From: Aegotheles albertisi
Taxonomy: Eukaryota
DNA length: 64,000 nt
Direction: 5' to 3'
Assembly (NCBI GenBank): GCA_039906565.1
Contig: CM078459.1
Coordinates: 18,787,066-18,851,065, forward strand
Shown one piece after another: positions 1 to 12,521 of this stretch (within the stretch, counting starts at the first letter, position 1; each line of letters opens with the position of its first letter). Both the position numbers and the translations under genes were made by a program. The notes under the pieces are model-generated. The model searched no databases. It saw only the letters and a program-made list of their open reading frames with translations, and had not been told where the DNA came from.

Positions 1-1773
1 TCTACTGCATGAGAAAAACATGCAAATTCTGCTCTCTTAGTGTGAGCTTCCTCTACTCTGTCTTTTCTTAAAATGTGAAATGCTTCATAATAATTAAAGC
101 TCTAGAAAACAAGCGTGGCTTTTTTTCTCCCTCCAAGATCTCTGTTACAGTGAACAGTACTGATACAAAGGACCAAGAGAGGGGAAAAAGAGCATTGGAA
201 TACATTAAGAATCATGAAGCTGCCTGGAAAAGAAAAAAAAAAAAGAAAAAAAAAGAATTAAAATACTGATTAAATTCAGTAATCTAGTCTTCATTTTCTT
301 GTGTAGCAGGAGACCCTGGCCCTGCCTCAACACCAGCCTTGAGGGCCGTATGAAGGCAGGGCATTCTGTACCCTATCAAACCACAGCAGTGGGTAGTGGG
401 CCTCCATGTCCACCTCCACATCTCCAATATGTGCTAGTTCCAGCTCCTCCAGAGGTAAGACAGGAGGCCTGATGAAATCCTCCCGCAGATCAACAATTGG
501 ATCACACCTGATAACGAACAGGTAAGAAAAAATTCCCTTGAATTTCCCTTGTAATCCCTTAAAATTCCAGTGAAAACAGAAGTAAGGCACTATGCAAGTA
601 AAAGCTGAGCTAATGATCAAGATCCAAAGATCACCAAAGTCTCATCTCCAAGCCCTTCACTTAATTTATTATAGAAAACATACTTCTATTTGTTCTGATA
701 ATAATACCCTCAGAAAACCAAACTGAAAAAAATCTCATACATCCAAAACTACATTTAACATTGCAAGCATCAGATGTTTTTTAATATATTAGTTTGTCAA
801 TAACTTTCTAAGACAGGAGACTTAATAATTCCTCTTAAGATACCATTAAACCAGCTAATATCTGTCATTTAGCCACTGTTTGAAACTGCTGACAATGCTG
901 AAAAAGTGAATAAATATTTTCCTATCATGTAAAATACAGAAAACTTTTATAGCACCAGATAAGTTGTGGAATTCTACTTTACTGACACACTCTCTCTCCC
1001 TCTTTCCATTTGAGGGAACAGACATAGGGCTTCGTGGTGAGATAGCTGCTAGCAGAGTGGACAAGGAGGTAAGCGAGTTCTTAATCCTTAACAGCAAAAT
1101 CTATTGAAGTGCTTACGAACACTTTTGGCTAACAAACATAATTTATATCTAGTAATTGGGAAGAGCTATGAGCCAACGCACAGCCAGTTACAGTGGATTC
1201 AATGACATGCTTACATGCCAGTAACATCACAGCATTGTAATTCCAGGCCTTTTTGTCCTAATGTCTTGGATACTTCATCACATTCAACACTAACATTGCT
1301 CTTCATCTAAACAGAACCAGGTATATGGGAGAGAACTGACAGAAGATGCTGCTGTAGATACAAGACCGTACGATTTTGCCATGTGAATATCTGTGATGAA
1401 GTACTACCACTGTAATGACCAGCACCCCATTTCCACAGCTTCAAGTGAAGTTATAACAGAACACTGTAAAACTGTATGCACTTTTTCAGGTAGAAAGATT
1501 TTGAGAACAAGTACACTGCCACTGAATGCAATTTCATTTTAAACTGTGTAAAACGTTTCTGCTGAAAACAACAGAAGTTCGACTCTCAATAACCACACAT
1601 CGTGAGGAGGACACCAACTTCTATGCACACAACTGTGACTTAGGACTTGCCCTTTAAACTTGCTGTGTTCTGTATGTTGCAAAGAGTTGGCTTACTTTCA
1701 GGTATGACAGATCGTATGCAAGAAAAAAAATATATCTTAATTTATGTACATCAAGGAATTCTAGAAGTTTTAC

Positions 1774-2151
1774 CTGTTCAAGCTTTTGTAAGAGTGGATC
1801 GCTGTAATCTGATTTATTCTGAACATCCACTTCACTGTGAACAAAGTCTGTTTTAGAGGTTTCTCTGTTACATGCTGCTGCTGGAAAAGATGTTTCAGGG
1901 GTATATTGCTGAAGTGTACAAGAGCTGCCAGACTCATCACACAAGGAGTCATCACTTCCTGAACAGCTGTCTGAAAGACGCAACACTTTGGCAGGGAAAG
2001 CTGTGATGTTTTCAGGTCCAGATAACAAATTTTCTTTGTTAATTTTCAAACCAGTAAAATTAGGATCTAACAAGACTCCAGCCCGGGAACTACTGGACAT
2101 CCAGTGTGCAATGAAGTTTTGTTCACTACTTGGATCTTCAGCAGTTGGCAT
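1774..2151 (-). CDS. CENPJ: CENPJ/CPAP first coding exon (N-terminus). Start codon at 2151..2149 on the minus strand. The exon ends at 1774 (minus) and is followed by donor GTAAAAC.
   Basis: The minus-strand ORF translates to MPTAEDPSSEQNFIAHWMSSSSRAGVLLDPNF...SDPLLQKLEQ. This aligns with the remembered human CENPJ N-terminus [35 protein letters not shown]...KDPLFKKLEQ. The donor lies immediately after LEQ. The 5' UTR exon is presumably in the upstream CpG island. Confidence 0.6.
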
Positions 2152-3329
2152 CTTGTAAATTGCATTCCAATGTATTTGCTGATACAGCATCAACATAACA
2201 ATACTACATTATGTAGTGTTAGGACAGTAAAAGTTTCAAAGTTCCAGGTATTTGGTATGGATGGCTACCTGCTTTTAGCACCTAGAAATTAAGCAGATAA
2301 ACAAGATAAAAAAAATCTACAATAACAGATTCCCAGTAAAAGATAGTTACTGTCTTATAACCAACCTAGTGTATTTATAAAAATAAGTCACAATCTGCTT
2401 TTCCCTGGGCAATAGAAACAATTTGGACGACGAGTAACACTTTCTGCGCAGGAAGTCGGCATAATCCAAATTTTACTCTTATTATTTATTTATTTGAATG
2501 CAGCTAATATTCAAGCTGTGTATAATATTCTCTTCAGTAGTAAAAAGAGGGATTCAGAATTTTTTTTTAAAGTCTGCAGCAAAAGAAGAGAGGTGATTTG
2601 AGAAGTTGAAAGAGAGACTTCCCATGCAGGACCCCCGTATTAATGCAAAGCTTCAAACATGTACATCTAAATGCACACATTTTACTGAACATGTTTCATT
2701 GCAGTGCTGATCATTTTCATGTCTTCCTTAGTGTCTCATGGAAACTCTACAACCATGCTGCCCATTAGCTTCTTCCTCCCAACCAGCTTCTGTTTTTAAA
2801 TCCATCAAAAAAGAAGTTTGAAGACTGCAAAGGTTTCAGGGATAACCAAATCCCTACAAGCGCCATAAAACATGAATGAAGGTAGGCAGGAGACCCAAAG
2901 TGACTTCCTCACTTAGGAAGAAAAAGAGACAGAGCTGCTGCCGGTGGCAGCAAGAGCCTGAGCACTGAGCCCGGGCACCTCAGGCTGGTCTCAGGGCTAC
3001 GGACTCTGCCTGGGCACACGGTGTGATGGGGAACACGGAAGAAAGGGGCCAGGGGAAAAAGGACAGACAACCACAGCAGCCCAGGCTCAACAGTCCTGCT
3101 GATCAGGAAACAGCTTCTGAAAGCCCAAGCCACCATGCTGGCTCTCACTTAGCTTTCCCACCAGAAAAGGGGTTTGTGCTTCCAACCAGAGTTCGGCACT
3201 GTGACTAGGAGAAACGGTGGAATTCCCTTAACAAAACGTTTCCCAATTGCCCTCTGTTCTGAGACGCCACTGGAGGCTTCCCAGGGAGGTACAGACCCCT
3301 GCACAGCCAAACCCAAGCCTACGGGGCTC

Positions 3330-4520
3330 ACACGCTGTTTCTCCCGTCACCTTTCCGAGACCCTCCCGTGGCAACCTGCCAGCTCCAGGCTTCCCCTCCA
3401 CCTTCGTGCCAGCCGAAAGAGCTGGCAGGGCTGAAGCTGACCTGGCCCGGCCCGGGAGGGCGCGGAGGGACGAAGGGGTCCCAGGCGAGGGGGCAGGCCC
3501 GGCGCCTCCCTCCCCTCACGGCCGCCGCCCCAAACGCGGCGCTGGCCGCTGCCCCGGCCCCGAGGCACCCGCACCGCGACAGCTCTGACCCGCGACCCCT
3601 CGCAAGTACCGGGGCGAAAGCACCAGCGCCGCTCGTCCGGCCGCCGCCGCAGGAAGGCTTCGCTCCGGCTGCCACCCCTCTTCTTCTGTTACAAACCTGC
3701 CGCCATCGCACAGGCTCCCGGCGCCACCGGCTGGGCACCGCCCCGGCGCGACGCATGCTGGGAGATGTAGTGCCAAGCCGCCGCCTTCCCAGCCTCGCTG
3801 CGAGGCGGTGCTTCGGCCCTCGAACTACAACTCCCAAGAGCCTCAGCGGCGAAAAGGCCGTTGGCCGGCATCAACAGGGAAGTAGTGGCCCCGCAGTCGT
3901 CGCTGCCCGGGGCTGCTCAGGGCGGAGAGGCGGCGGCGCTCAGGGGGAGGGGTCTCCTTCGGGCAGCTGGGCCTGCGCTCCGCTCCTCGGGACGGCCCAC
4001 AGGGGGAGGCGGCTCACGGGGCCTCCCCGCGTCGCCGCTGGTGGCCCCTTGGAGAGCCGGGGCTTCTCCTCGGGCGGCGCCGCTCCGGAGGAGGCGGGAG
4101 GCCCTGTCCGCGCAGCGTCCTCCGGCGCGGGGCGTGAGGCGGCGCCCGGCCCGGTTCCGGCCCGCGAGGTGTCCGCAGGCCGTGCGGGCGGTGGCGTTTC
4201 CCGCGGGGGTGAGGCTTTGGACTTTTCCCGTTAAACAGTTGCCGTGAGGGGGGCGCGGGGAGAGGAGCGGGTGAAAAGCATCCCGTGGCGTTCGGGGTTC
4301 CGTGCTGCGGGCGCTCCGGCTCAGTGGGGGAAGGAGCGACCGCCCCAAGGGCAGTGCCATCCCCCAGACCGCGCCGCACAGCCCGGGCTGTCACCCGGCT
4401 TCGCAGGAGCAACCCCGAGCTCGGGCTGTGGAGCCCAGGGCAGCCCTGTGGGGTGCCCACTGCTGGTGCCCGTTGTCACCGCTGCTCTCTAGTCCACAGG
4501 GCTCTTCCCGCTGACCTTTC
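3330..4520. promoter_or_regulatory. CpG island, putative bidirectional promoter for CENPJ (-) and PARP4 (+). Non-coding first exons of both genes probably lie here.
   Basis: About 1.2 kb of very GC- and CpG-dense sequence lies between the divergently oriented first coding exons: CENPJ ATG at 2151 (minus) and PARP4 ATG at 9564 (plus, preceded by an acceptor at 9557). The long six-frame ORFs here are GC-composition artefacts. Confidence 0.6.
3824..3842. promoter_or_regulatory. ZNF143/SBS-like motif (ACTACAACTCCCAAGAGCC)
   Basis: The sequence resembles the extended ZNF143/THAP11 consensus ACTACAAYTCCCAGCARTGC. Such sites are typical of bidirectional CpG promoters. Identified by eye only. Confidence 0.35.
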
Positions 4521-4659
4521 CATCGCCTTTCCAGCACGTTACTAACGCATTGTCCACATGAGTGTCCTCAGGCTGGATTCCACATTAACAGTGGGAAGCT
4601 TCTGTGCTAGAAAATGCCAGGATTTGTACTTGTGCATCACGTCTGGCCCCTCTGACATC

Positions 4660-5135
4660 GTCAGTGGGAAGACTTCAGAAGGGCAACAGAGCTGGGGAAG
4701 GGACTGGAAAATATGTCTTATGGGGAACGACTGAGGGAGCTGGGGGTGTTCAGTCTGGAGTAGAGGAGGCTCGGGGGACCTCGTCGCTCTCTACAGCTCC
4801 CTGAAAGGAGGTTGGAGTGAGGTGGGGGTTGGTCTCTTCTGCCGTGCCCATAGTGAAAGGACAAGAGGGAATGGCTTTAAATTGCAGCAGGGGAGATTCA
4901 GATTGGACATGAGGAGCATTTTTTTCACTGTAAGAGTGATTAGATATTGGAATAAGTTGCCCAGGGAGGTGGTGGAGTCACCATCCCTGGAGTCGTTCAA
5001 GAGGCATCCGGGTGTGGTGCTGGGTGATATGGGTTAGTGGTGATGTAGGTAGGGGTTGGACTGCATAATCTTGAAGGTCTCTTCCAACCTCAATGATTCT
5101 GTGATTCTATGATTTTATGATTCTAAGACACAGCA
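4660..5135 (+). mobile_element. CR1 LINE 3' fragment (ORF2 C-terminus plus 3' UTR with an ATTCTRTG microsatellite tail)
   Basis: ORF 4822..5037 encodes [46 protein letters not shown], the canonical CR1 ORF2 end. It terminates in atgattctgtgattctatgattttatgattct. Confidence 0.85.
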
Positions 5136-8100
5136 GAGGTTTGTTTTCAGTTTAACCGCACACTGAAGGCCTTACAGGACCACGGATTATTCATGATCTA
5201 TTGTTAGACTATAAAAAAATATTTTTGGCTCTGTATCTGTGCTAAAAACATAATCCATTGCTAGTGATGGTGTTGAATTTGTGGTTTGATCATGCAGTGC
5301 AAGCTTGTGTGAAAACTCTTTGAGGCTACTGGGGCCTTATGGATCTTTACCAACATAAATTAAAACTGTAAGAATTAAACCAGTGTTAATTGTCAGCAGT
5401 TCCATTTGCGTAACTTCCTTATCCAGTGCTGCAACAATACAGTATTCCAGTTATAAAGGTGTTTATCAGCAGTTAATTCTCAACACACAGATGAAACACA
5501 ATAGTTTTCTGATTTTGAATTCTGGAAATTTTGCCATTCAAAAAGAATAAAGCCAAATTCAGCTAAAATTCCTTGGGAAGTTTGGTTCTCTAGGGAAACA
5601 GAGGAAGAGAGGCTATTATTCAGTGGTAGCATTCATCAACAATGAAAGAGACTAAAATCTTTGCTCAAGAGAGAGAAAAACTGCTGGGGACAGGCTTTGA
5701 ACAGGTTTAAACGCAATTTCCTGGTCTCTGTCAGGCATTCCAAAGTTCACTCGTGCTTTAACAGTGGAAATCTCTTCCTCCTAAGTGGAGTGAGCATTAG
5801 TGTTCCTTATTGTGCAGTACACTGCACTTTGCTTGGTGTATTTATCTGACTGCGTTCCTGTCCCTTCAGGCATTTTACAGGGAGGTATGAGAGTGTCCTG
5901 GCCCTTCCTACCTACAACGCCCAGGCTCTCCCATTGTACCTCACCCTGTTAGGGAAACAGGAAGATCTTTCAGGCAGGGCAGCTGCCCGAGCAGGTGCGT
6001 GTAAACGATCTGGCTCCCTCAGAATCTAAAGAGAGGAGTGGAATCAGGGGTCATTTAATAAGTCTTGTGCTGGGAACCAAGAAGGAGGGGGGAGTCTTTG
6101 CAGGCAGGCTTGGAGGAAATGAGTCCTGCAAGTTTACGCATTCCTTTCTGCTTACTGGCTGGCCTACAGCTTATTTACAGATCAGTTCTCACAATTATTT
6201 TTTTTCTGTGTTCTTAGCAGCTTGATTTTTATAAGCAAATGTAATACCAGATACTTTGTGGAGTTTACACCACGTGTAGCTACAAGTTTCCGTTGCTTCT
6301 GTTGTTTTCTGGATGAGAGGTGAATGTATAGTCAGGGCTGATGCTTGCAGTTGGTTGTATGTATTTCATTACCTTCTAATAAACTTTCTGTTTCGGCTGT
6401 GCAAATTGAGTTCATTATTTCCTGAGGGACAACTTCTGGTGATACTTGAGCAGTATCCAGAATCTGCTTTAGAGACTATATGGAGAAAACTAATGCACTC
6501 AGAGCTGTAGCAAAGCGGGAGGCAGTACCCAGGTCTATACTATGATTATTAAAGCAAGCCTTTGGCAGTGGCATATTTGCCCTTATATGTGCCTCAGATT
6601 AATCTATCTTGTTTGCAACAAGGTTCAAAATAAAATTGCTAAAAGCAGCTTAAAATAAGATTTTACAAGACAAAGTAGAGCTTCTTAAAGGTGCAGTTTC
6701 CCACAGAGCCAAGTTAGAACAAGGCTGCATCCTAAAACATTTTTATCAAGTCATATAACATAGTACCTTATGAAAACCTTTTAGTTAAAATATGGAGAGT
6801 TGTTTTTTTGTGTGTGAGCAGAGAGTACTTTTATGCCAAAAACACTGCTAACACCATAAAAAGCAAAAACAAGCTACAAAATACAGGTATAGAATTACCC
6901 CATGTGCCCGTTGATCTGTTGTCTGCCTGACCTAAATGTACGTGTTACCATTACAGTTGTCAGTTCTATCAGGTGTGTAGTGCAGTAGATGATTTGACCC
7001 TTCCTATAGGTTACCTTTCTGAGATGAAATTATATAGACGTGTATAAAATTGTCTCATATTCCTGATTTCCTTGGTTTTCATGGAACCCCAAATTAAAGT
7101 GAATTATGTTGCTCTCTCTCCTTGACTAACTACTTCTTATTTTTTAGCTTATAACTTAAGTTATTCCACAGTAGCTGGCCATCTGATTCCTTTTTTTACT
7201 GCACTGGGGAACAACTTCACTTGCACACACTGAAAATCCAATAGGCAATAGAAGAAAATAAACACATTCTTTAAATGTAGTATAAGTAATGTACTCTAAA
7301 TCCCGCCCCAAAATCACCGCAGGCTAGTGTGTTTTGTTTAGTTTTTTTAATCTGAAACCTTATCCTAATCATCTGCTCTAGACTTCGGTCCTTGGTAAAT
7401 TACTCAAACAATAATCTTATCGTAGATTGTGAAGTGCTGTTGTCAGCACCATTTAAACATTTCCTGTGCATTGTTACTGTGTTTTGCTTTATTCTCTCTC
7501 CACACTGCAGTGGAATCTTTTAGCAGGGTTGATGTAAAGCTTTTGTTGACCTTCTAAAGGCTTTGGTGCAATTTGACCAATACTAATTTTTAAGCCAGAA
7601 GAACCTATACGGTAATTAAATCCTTTGGGTTTAGTCCTGAGAAACTGGTGAAGAAACTTCTCTGATAAATGTTTTCTCATTTCCACATACCTAGCACAGG
7701 AAAATGTGAAGTGGTAAATGAATGCAAGTAGTTGAAACAGTGTCTGCATTCCTTTTTGCAGTCTTTAATGGAGGTGTTGTTTATAGAAGCAGGAGGATAG
7801 AAGCTTAAGCAGAATTTACAGCCTGTCTGGGAGCTCTCACAAATTCGGAGAAAGGTCATTTTTGCTCCAAATGGCCTCCCCAAGATACATAGCACTTAAT
7901 ACTAGACATTTTTGGCTAACACGAGAACTGCTTTCCTTTCACACTTACTTTTGAACAGCAATTTATCATTTGTTTGCCTCACTCTCTGAGTCCAGGATGA
8001 ATTTGGAGAGGCCAGTTATTCTAGAGTGTCAGTTTTGTCCAGTTGTCTCACAAATAACGTTTTTTAGCCTTAAGTCACTGTGGAACATTTACGTCATCTA

Positions 8101-9563
8101 GTAGCTTTTCTAGAAATACAAAGAGTCAGAGTAAAGCCAAAGTCTTTACCAGTGACACCCTCTGGATGAGATACAGCCATGGTGTACTGGGATCCAAAGA
8201 ACCATTGGTAAAAAGAATCTGTGACCTGAATATTTTGTTTTACAAGCATGTGTTCTCTTCACGCTAGTTACTGTAGCGTTAGCAGTGTGTTTGCATTAGC
8301 AGTTTGACTTGGAGCAGCAATGTAATTTTAAGCCAAATCTTTTGGTTGTCAGGAGCTGCCTTATGTTGATTAAGTTCTCAAGATGGTTTTGAGGTGTACA
8401 ATCTGAATGCCTTTCAGAGAAAGCTATGCTGGGGGCTGCGCTTCACATAAGCTTAGTGGGGACACTGGTCTGGGCTTCTGTCTGAACCCAGGCAGTCATA
8501 AGGCTCTCTAGCTTGCACTTAACACTGATTTACCACTGAGGGGCTCTGAAAACCTTGAAAGCCGTGAACTGCTGAGTAGTTCATAAGCTATATAAAGAGC
8601 TCAGTGCTCTGTATGGTGTTCACATTACATTATAATTACCATTCTTGTCAGTTTTTAACATAACTACGCTCGTAGGCATTCAGGAAAATAAACGTGCGTA
8701 GATGTTACATTTTAATCACTTAAACCAGACACTGCCATTATATTTAGTTATCATAAATTCTACTCCTGTTTAAATAAAACTTTCCCAGCCTCTCTTCTCT
8801 TAGCATAGTTTGTCACAAATGACACACAGCCAATTTTCATTCAAGTTGTTTTACAGACAATTTGGGTTGACACGGCTGAGAAGAGCAGCAGTCCCCCTAC
8901 TTCCATCTCCCCTACCTCTCCATCACTTCCACTGCCACACTGCTCTTTTTTGTAAATTTTTGTCATAGGGCAGAGGATGAATTCAATCAGAAAACAGATC
9001 TGGATTAAAACTGGCCTCTTGGTTTTGGGGGGTTTGTTGTTGTTGAGGGTTGTGGGGTTTTTTGCTGTGTTGGATTTAATCTGAATCAGTTTTCCAAAGT
9101 TCTTTTTAGATGTTGTGGGATGGGTTCTTTTATATTTACACATTATAAATTAGTGAGTGGAAACATGAAAAACAGTTTAAATTGTTGAAAAAGAGAGTTA
9201 CTTTATAATGGTACAATGTGAAAGGGGAACTGAAAAAGAGATTTTTCCAGTTTAAATTAAGATAATTCCACATTACTGGCAGTGGGTATTAGCAGCAAGA
9301 GATCAAGACAAGTTGATTTACTTCATCCATGACTTTACTGAAACTGTAGGTGATACTACATTTTCCACATTATTAAAAAATCTATAAAACTGATTAAGAG
9401 ATATTCTGAGTGGATTTGATTACCATACTAATAAAATGGGATTTGTTTTCAAACTTTAACTAGAGTTGCAAAGAATATATTTTGTGAGAGACTATTTAAA
9501 TGGATAATGGAAATGAAAGTTTTCTCAGAAAAAAATATTCTTTTATCTTTTAACAGGAGGGCA

Positions 9564-9689
9564 ATGGCAATCTTTGCAGACTGTGTGTTCTTTATTAAAG
9601 TTAAACACTTACCCATTCAGGAGAAGAGCAGGCTGAAAGTGTCGATACAAGAAAATGGTGGAGTAGTTAATTTTGTGCTTAATCACAAG
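9564..9689 (+). CDS. PARP4: PARP4 coding exon 1 (MAIFADCVFFIKVKHLPIQEKSRLKVSIQENGGVVNFVLNHK). The exon begins at acceptor 9558, so the upstream 5' UTR is spliced on.
   Basis: Matches the human PARP4 N-terminus MVMGIFANCIFCLKVKYLPQQQKKKLQTDIKENGGKFSFSLNPQ (BRCT). Donor GTAAGT at 9690. Acceptor ttttaacag ends at 9557. Confidence 0.85.
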
Positions 9690-11873
9690 GTAAGTTCTAG
9701 ATTGATTTCTGGTAGGAAAATATCAAGTGGTGCAAGTGTTGTAGAGTGTTAATCTTGCTACATGTAGAGAAATAAGAACTGTAGAGATTATGTCTCTGTT
9801 CACTATTTAAACAGAAATATTCAGTTTACATTTTTAATGCATCTGGCTCTGTTGTACTGAAATGTCACATAAAAAATCCACAAAAGAACCAGGGAGGGTT
9901 TTTTCCTGGATAAAATTGCCATGCTGTTATTCTCTCATTGTTAGAGAGGGGAAACTCTGAATAAGGAGATGCGTCACTGTACTGGGGTCTGGTTATGTTA
10001 CTGTTAATGCAAGCATTTGGTTACAGAGTGAGGAAAAGATGGTTGTAGAGTTAGAAGTCTGTGATATTGCAGTTCTTTATTTAATTACAGCTTTTAATTT
10101 TGAATATATATTTAACATGCAGCATGGATAAATCAAGGAGCCTGTTTGCATGACATGCTCAGCAATGAAATCAGTGGACTGCATCTATACTGGTACATTC
10201 CATGCCTAGGAATGCTCACAGGGACTGTGGCCAGCTGGCATGGCTAGGCCCACACCTATGCTAGGAAACCCTTTTGGTCCTCAGGATTGAGTGTTCATAC
10301 CCTAACTGCCTAATGAGAATGGTCACGGTGATGTTCTATCTCCCAAGCTGTGCCTGGAAACTGGGAGGATGTGAGCTGGCAGAAGCTGTAAGTGTGCCAA
10401 GGAACGTGCTAATGCCTTAACAACATAAGTATTCACATGCCAGTGGCAGTGAGTGATCTAATATTACCTAACTTAATAGTGAAGACGTAATGCTTTGTTA
10501 CTTCTGCCACTTGAAAGTGACATTTATTTCCTCCTTCTGATAGGTAGTAATTAGAGCAAGTTCATAAATATTGTCATATTAGAGTCCTTACTCCTAATCC
10601 ATCCTGGGGAGAACGTAATGCCTTGTGTTATGAATTCAACTTTTTGTTTTCTCTGGATACGGTTTTTTAATTTTGAGAAGAGTACAGTTAAGTGAGTTAA
10701 TTTCTCCCTTTCATTCTTGTGTAACGTTTCCTAGTACAAAATCAGGTGAATTACTTTAGATCCTACTGTTGTATATAGCTCCCATAGGTGATTGTCATTT
10801 TATAAATCTCAAAAATTATATACGCTGTCCTCTAGTGTCTCCGGTTTAAGTTGTGCATAACATAAGGTGTTGACATTGAAGGAGAAAGAAAAGAATGTGC
10901 AAAGAAAAGGAGTATTGCAGGTACATTATCATCTTGTTCAGAGCCCAGCAGTTTCCTGGTGACTCTGACAATGCACATCTGTTTAGGAGAGAAAGTGAAG
11001 ACTTGAAAAATAGCATATCAAGGTCGAGCAAGAGTATTCCAAAGATGTGATAGATTTCTTTGTGCTGTAAATTCAGGATCTTCCAGGAGGTGTTGACACA
11101 TCTCTTTGTGGTGGCTGTGATCTTGTAAAGAAGCAAGGAGTGGATTATAATTAAGGCTTATGTTTATCCCATCAAACTACTGATCTCCAGATATGATCTG
11201 GGCAAAAAAGTCAAGGAAATTCCTTCATAAAAACAATAAAATTTAAAAAAGGCTTTGCTAAAAAAATAATTACTGAAAGTAGCAAATGAACTAAGAGTTA
11301 ATGCAGTACAAATAGGTATTAATTAAAATCTGTATTTTGAACCATCTTAATATGGTGGGAAGAGAGATACACCAATACCTAAAATTTGTGAGCTCTAGGA
11401 TGCTAAGAACAACTAACAAATGGCCAACCTGTTCAGGGTAAATTTTACCCAAGCTTCAGAAGTTATGATTAAAGATTGAAAAGACTCTCAGGACAGATCT
11501 GGGCTCAGTGCTACTGTATCAGGGAAGAGCTCTTATTTTTTAAAGCTGTACTTTTGTCATATGTAACAAATAAAAATACAAGCATTTATCATCCTGTTTC
11601 CAAGTAAAGTAGATCTAATTTCTTCTGATGTAATAACCTTTCATTTCTCTGTGTCCATCAGTTCTTGCATGTTTAATGTTAACTGTTCAAAGGGCAAAAT
11701 CCACTGCCTCTTAATGACCATTTTATTTTATTTGACTTCTCTAAACATTTTTATTTTGTCCTAACTATGCAGAAAGTTTTCATTTTCAGCATATATATGA
11801 TTCCAGTAAAAGAATGTATGATTCTTTATAAGGCCACCAAAGCATATTGCGATTATTCAGCGTTCCACCCAGC

Positions 11874-11909
11874 TTTTTTTCTTTCTTTTTTTTTTTTTTT
11901 TTTTTTTTT
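11874..11909. repeat. Poly(T) tract (about 24 uninterrupted T plus interrupted T/C run)
   Basis: agctttttttctttcttttttttttttttttttttttttaaaac. Confidence 0.95.
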
Positions 11910-12325
11910 AAAACACTCTTACTCCAAATACCTTTGGGTTTGTACCATGTTGACCACAACAGAACTTGGCCCATTGTTGGACCTCCTATGTGCTGTTTGA
12001 AAGCTGTAAAAAACAGTAGGCAACTGGTCACCTTCATCTCTTTGTAGTTACTGTAGAAAAGTGGACACAGTCTGAAGACACTGAAATGTCACCTGAAAGA
12101 GTCCTGCTCTCTCTGCTCTCTGTGGATGAAGGGCAGAGGTATCATGTTTCTAAATTGGATATTTCAATTAAAATATGGTCCAAAAAGGTTGTCTGTTTTT
12201 AAATGTTTCCTTTGGACTGTAGGATTGTACCAGTATGAATTGCAAATGAACAGTATTAATTTGGATTAATATTGTAGTTACGTGTGCAACTGTAGTTACA
12301 ACTGTAATTGTAACCTGTCTTTCAG

Positions 12326-12521
12326 AGTACACATGTTCTTGTGGATACTGCTGGTGTCCTGAGCTGTCGTGATCTAAAAACTGTTCAGAAGTACCAGATC
12401 CCTGTTTTGTGTCCAGATTTCATTTGGAAATCAGTTGAGAACGGGAAGCTTTTGGAGATTGATGCATATAAGGTTCATAAATCACCAGATGACACTTCTG
12501 ACCAAGGGCCAGCCAGCCAGG
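12326..12521 (+). CDS. PARP4: PARP4 exon (STHVLVDTAGVLSCRDLKTVQKYQIPVLCPDFIWKSVENGKLLEIDAYKVHKSPDDTSDQGPASQ), phase 0 in / 1 out
   Basis: Acceptor tctttcag. Donor G|GTAGGT. Similar to human ...ANPDFIWKSIREKRLLDVKNYDPYKPLD (end of BRCT). Confidence 0.85.

Noticed and set aside
855-1097. Minus-strand 80-aa ORF (MLLRIKNSLTSLSTLLAAISPRSP...) as the second CENPJ coding exon
   Set aside because: It has no resemblance to the CENPJ segment expected next ([23 protein letters not shown]), and no convincing splice sites in the right phase. The next CENPJ exon probably lies beyond the window start.
3247-4460. Many overlapping 80-290-aa ORFs on both strands (for example 3368..4234 +, 3328..3837 -, 4014..4460 -) rich in Arg/Pro/Gly/Ala
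   Set aside because: They lie in the CENPJ/PARP4 CpG island. In sequence with over 75% GC, stop codons are rare and long ORFs arise by chance in every frame. There are no splice signals, no homology, and they overlap each other on both strands.
9507-9563. Upstream in-frame ATG (MEMKVFSEKNILLSFNRRA-) as the PARP4 start
   Set aside because: A splice acceptor (ttttaacag) at 9557 cuts this region off, and the human protein starts at the position equivalent to M-A-I (9564). The upstream ATG is intronic.
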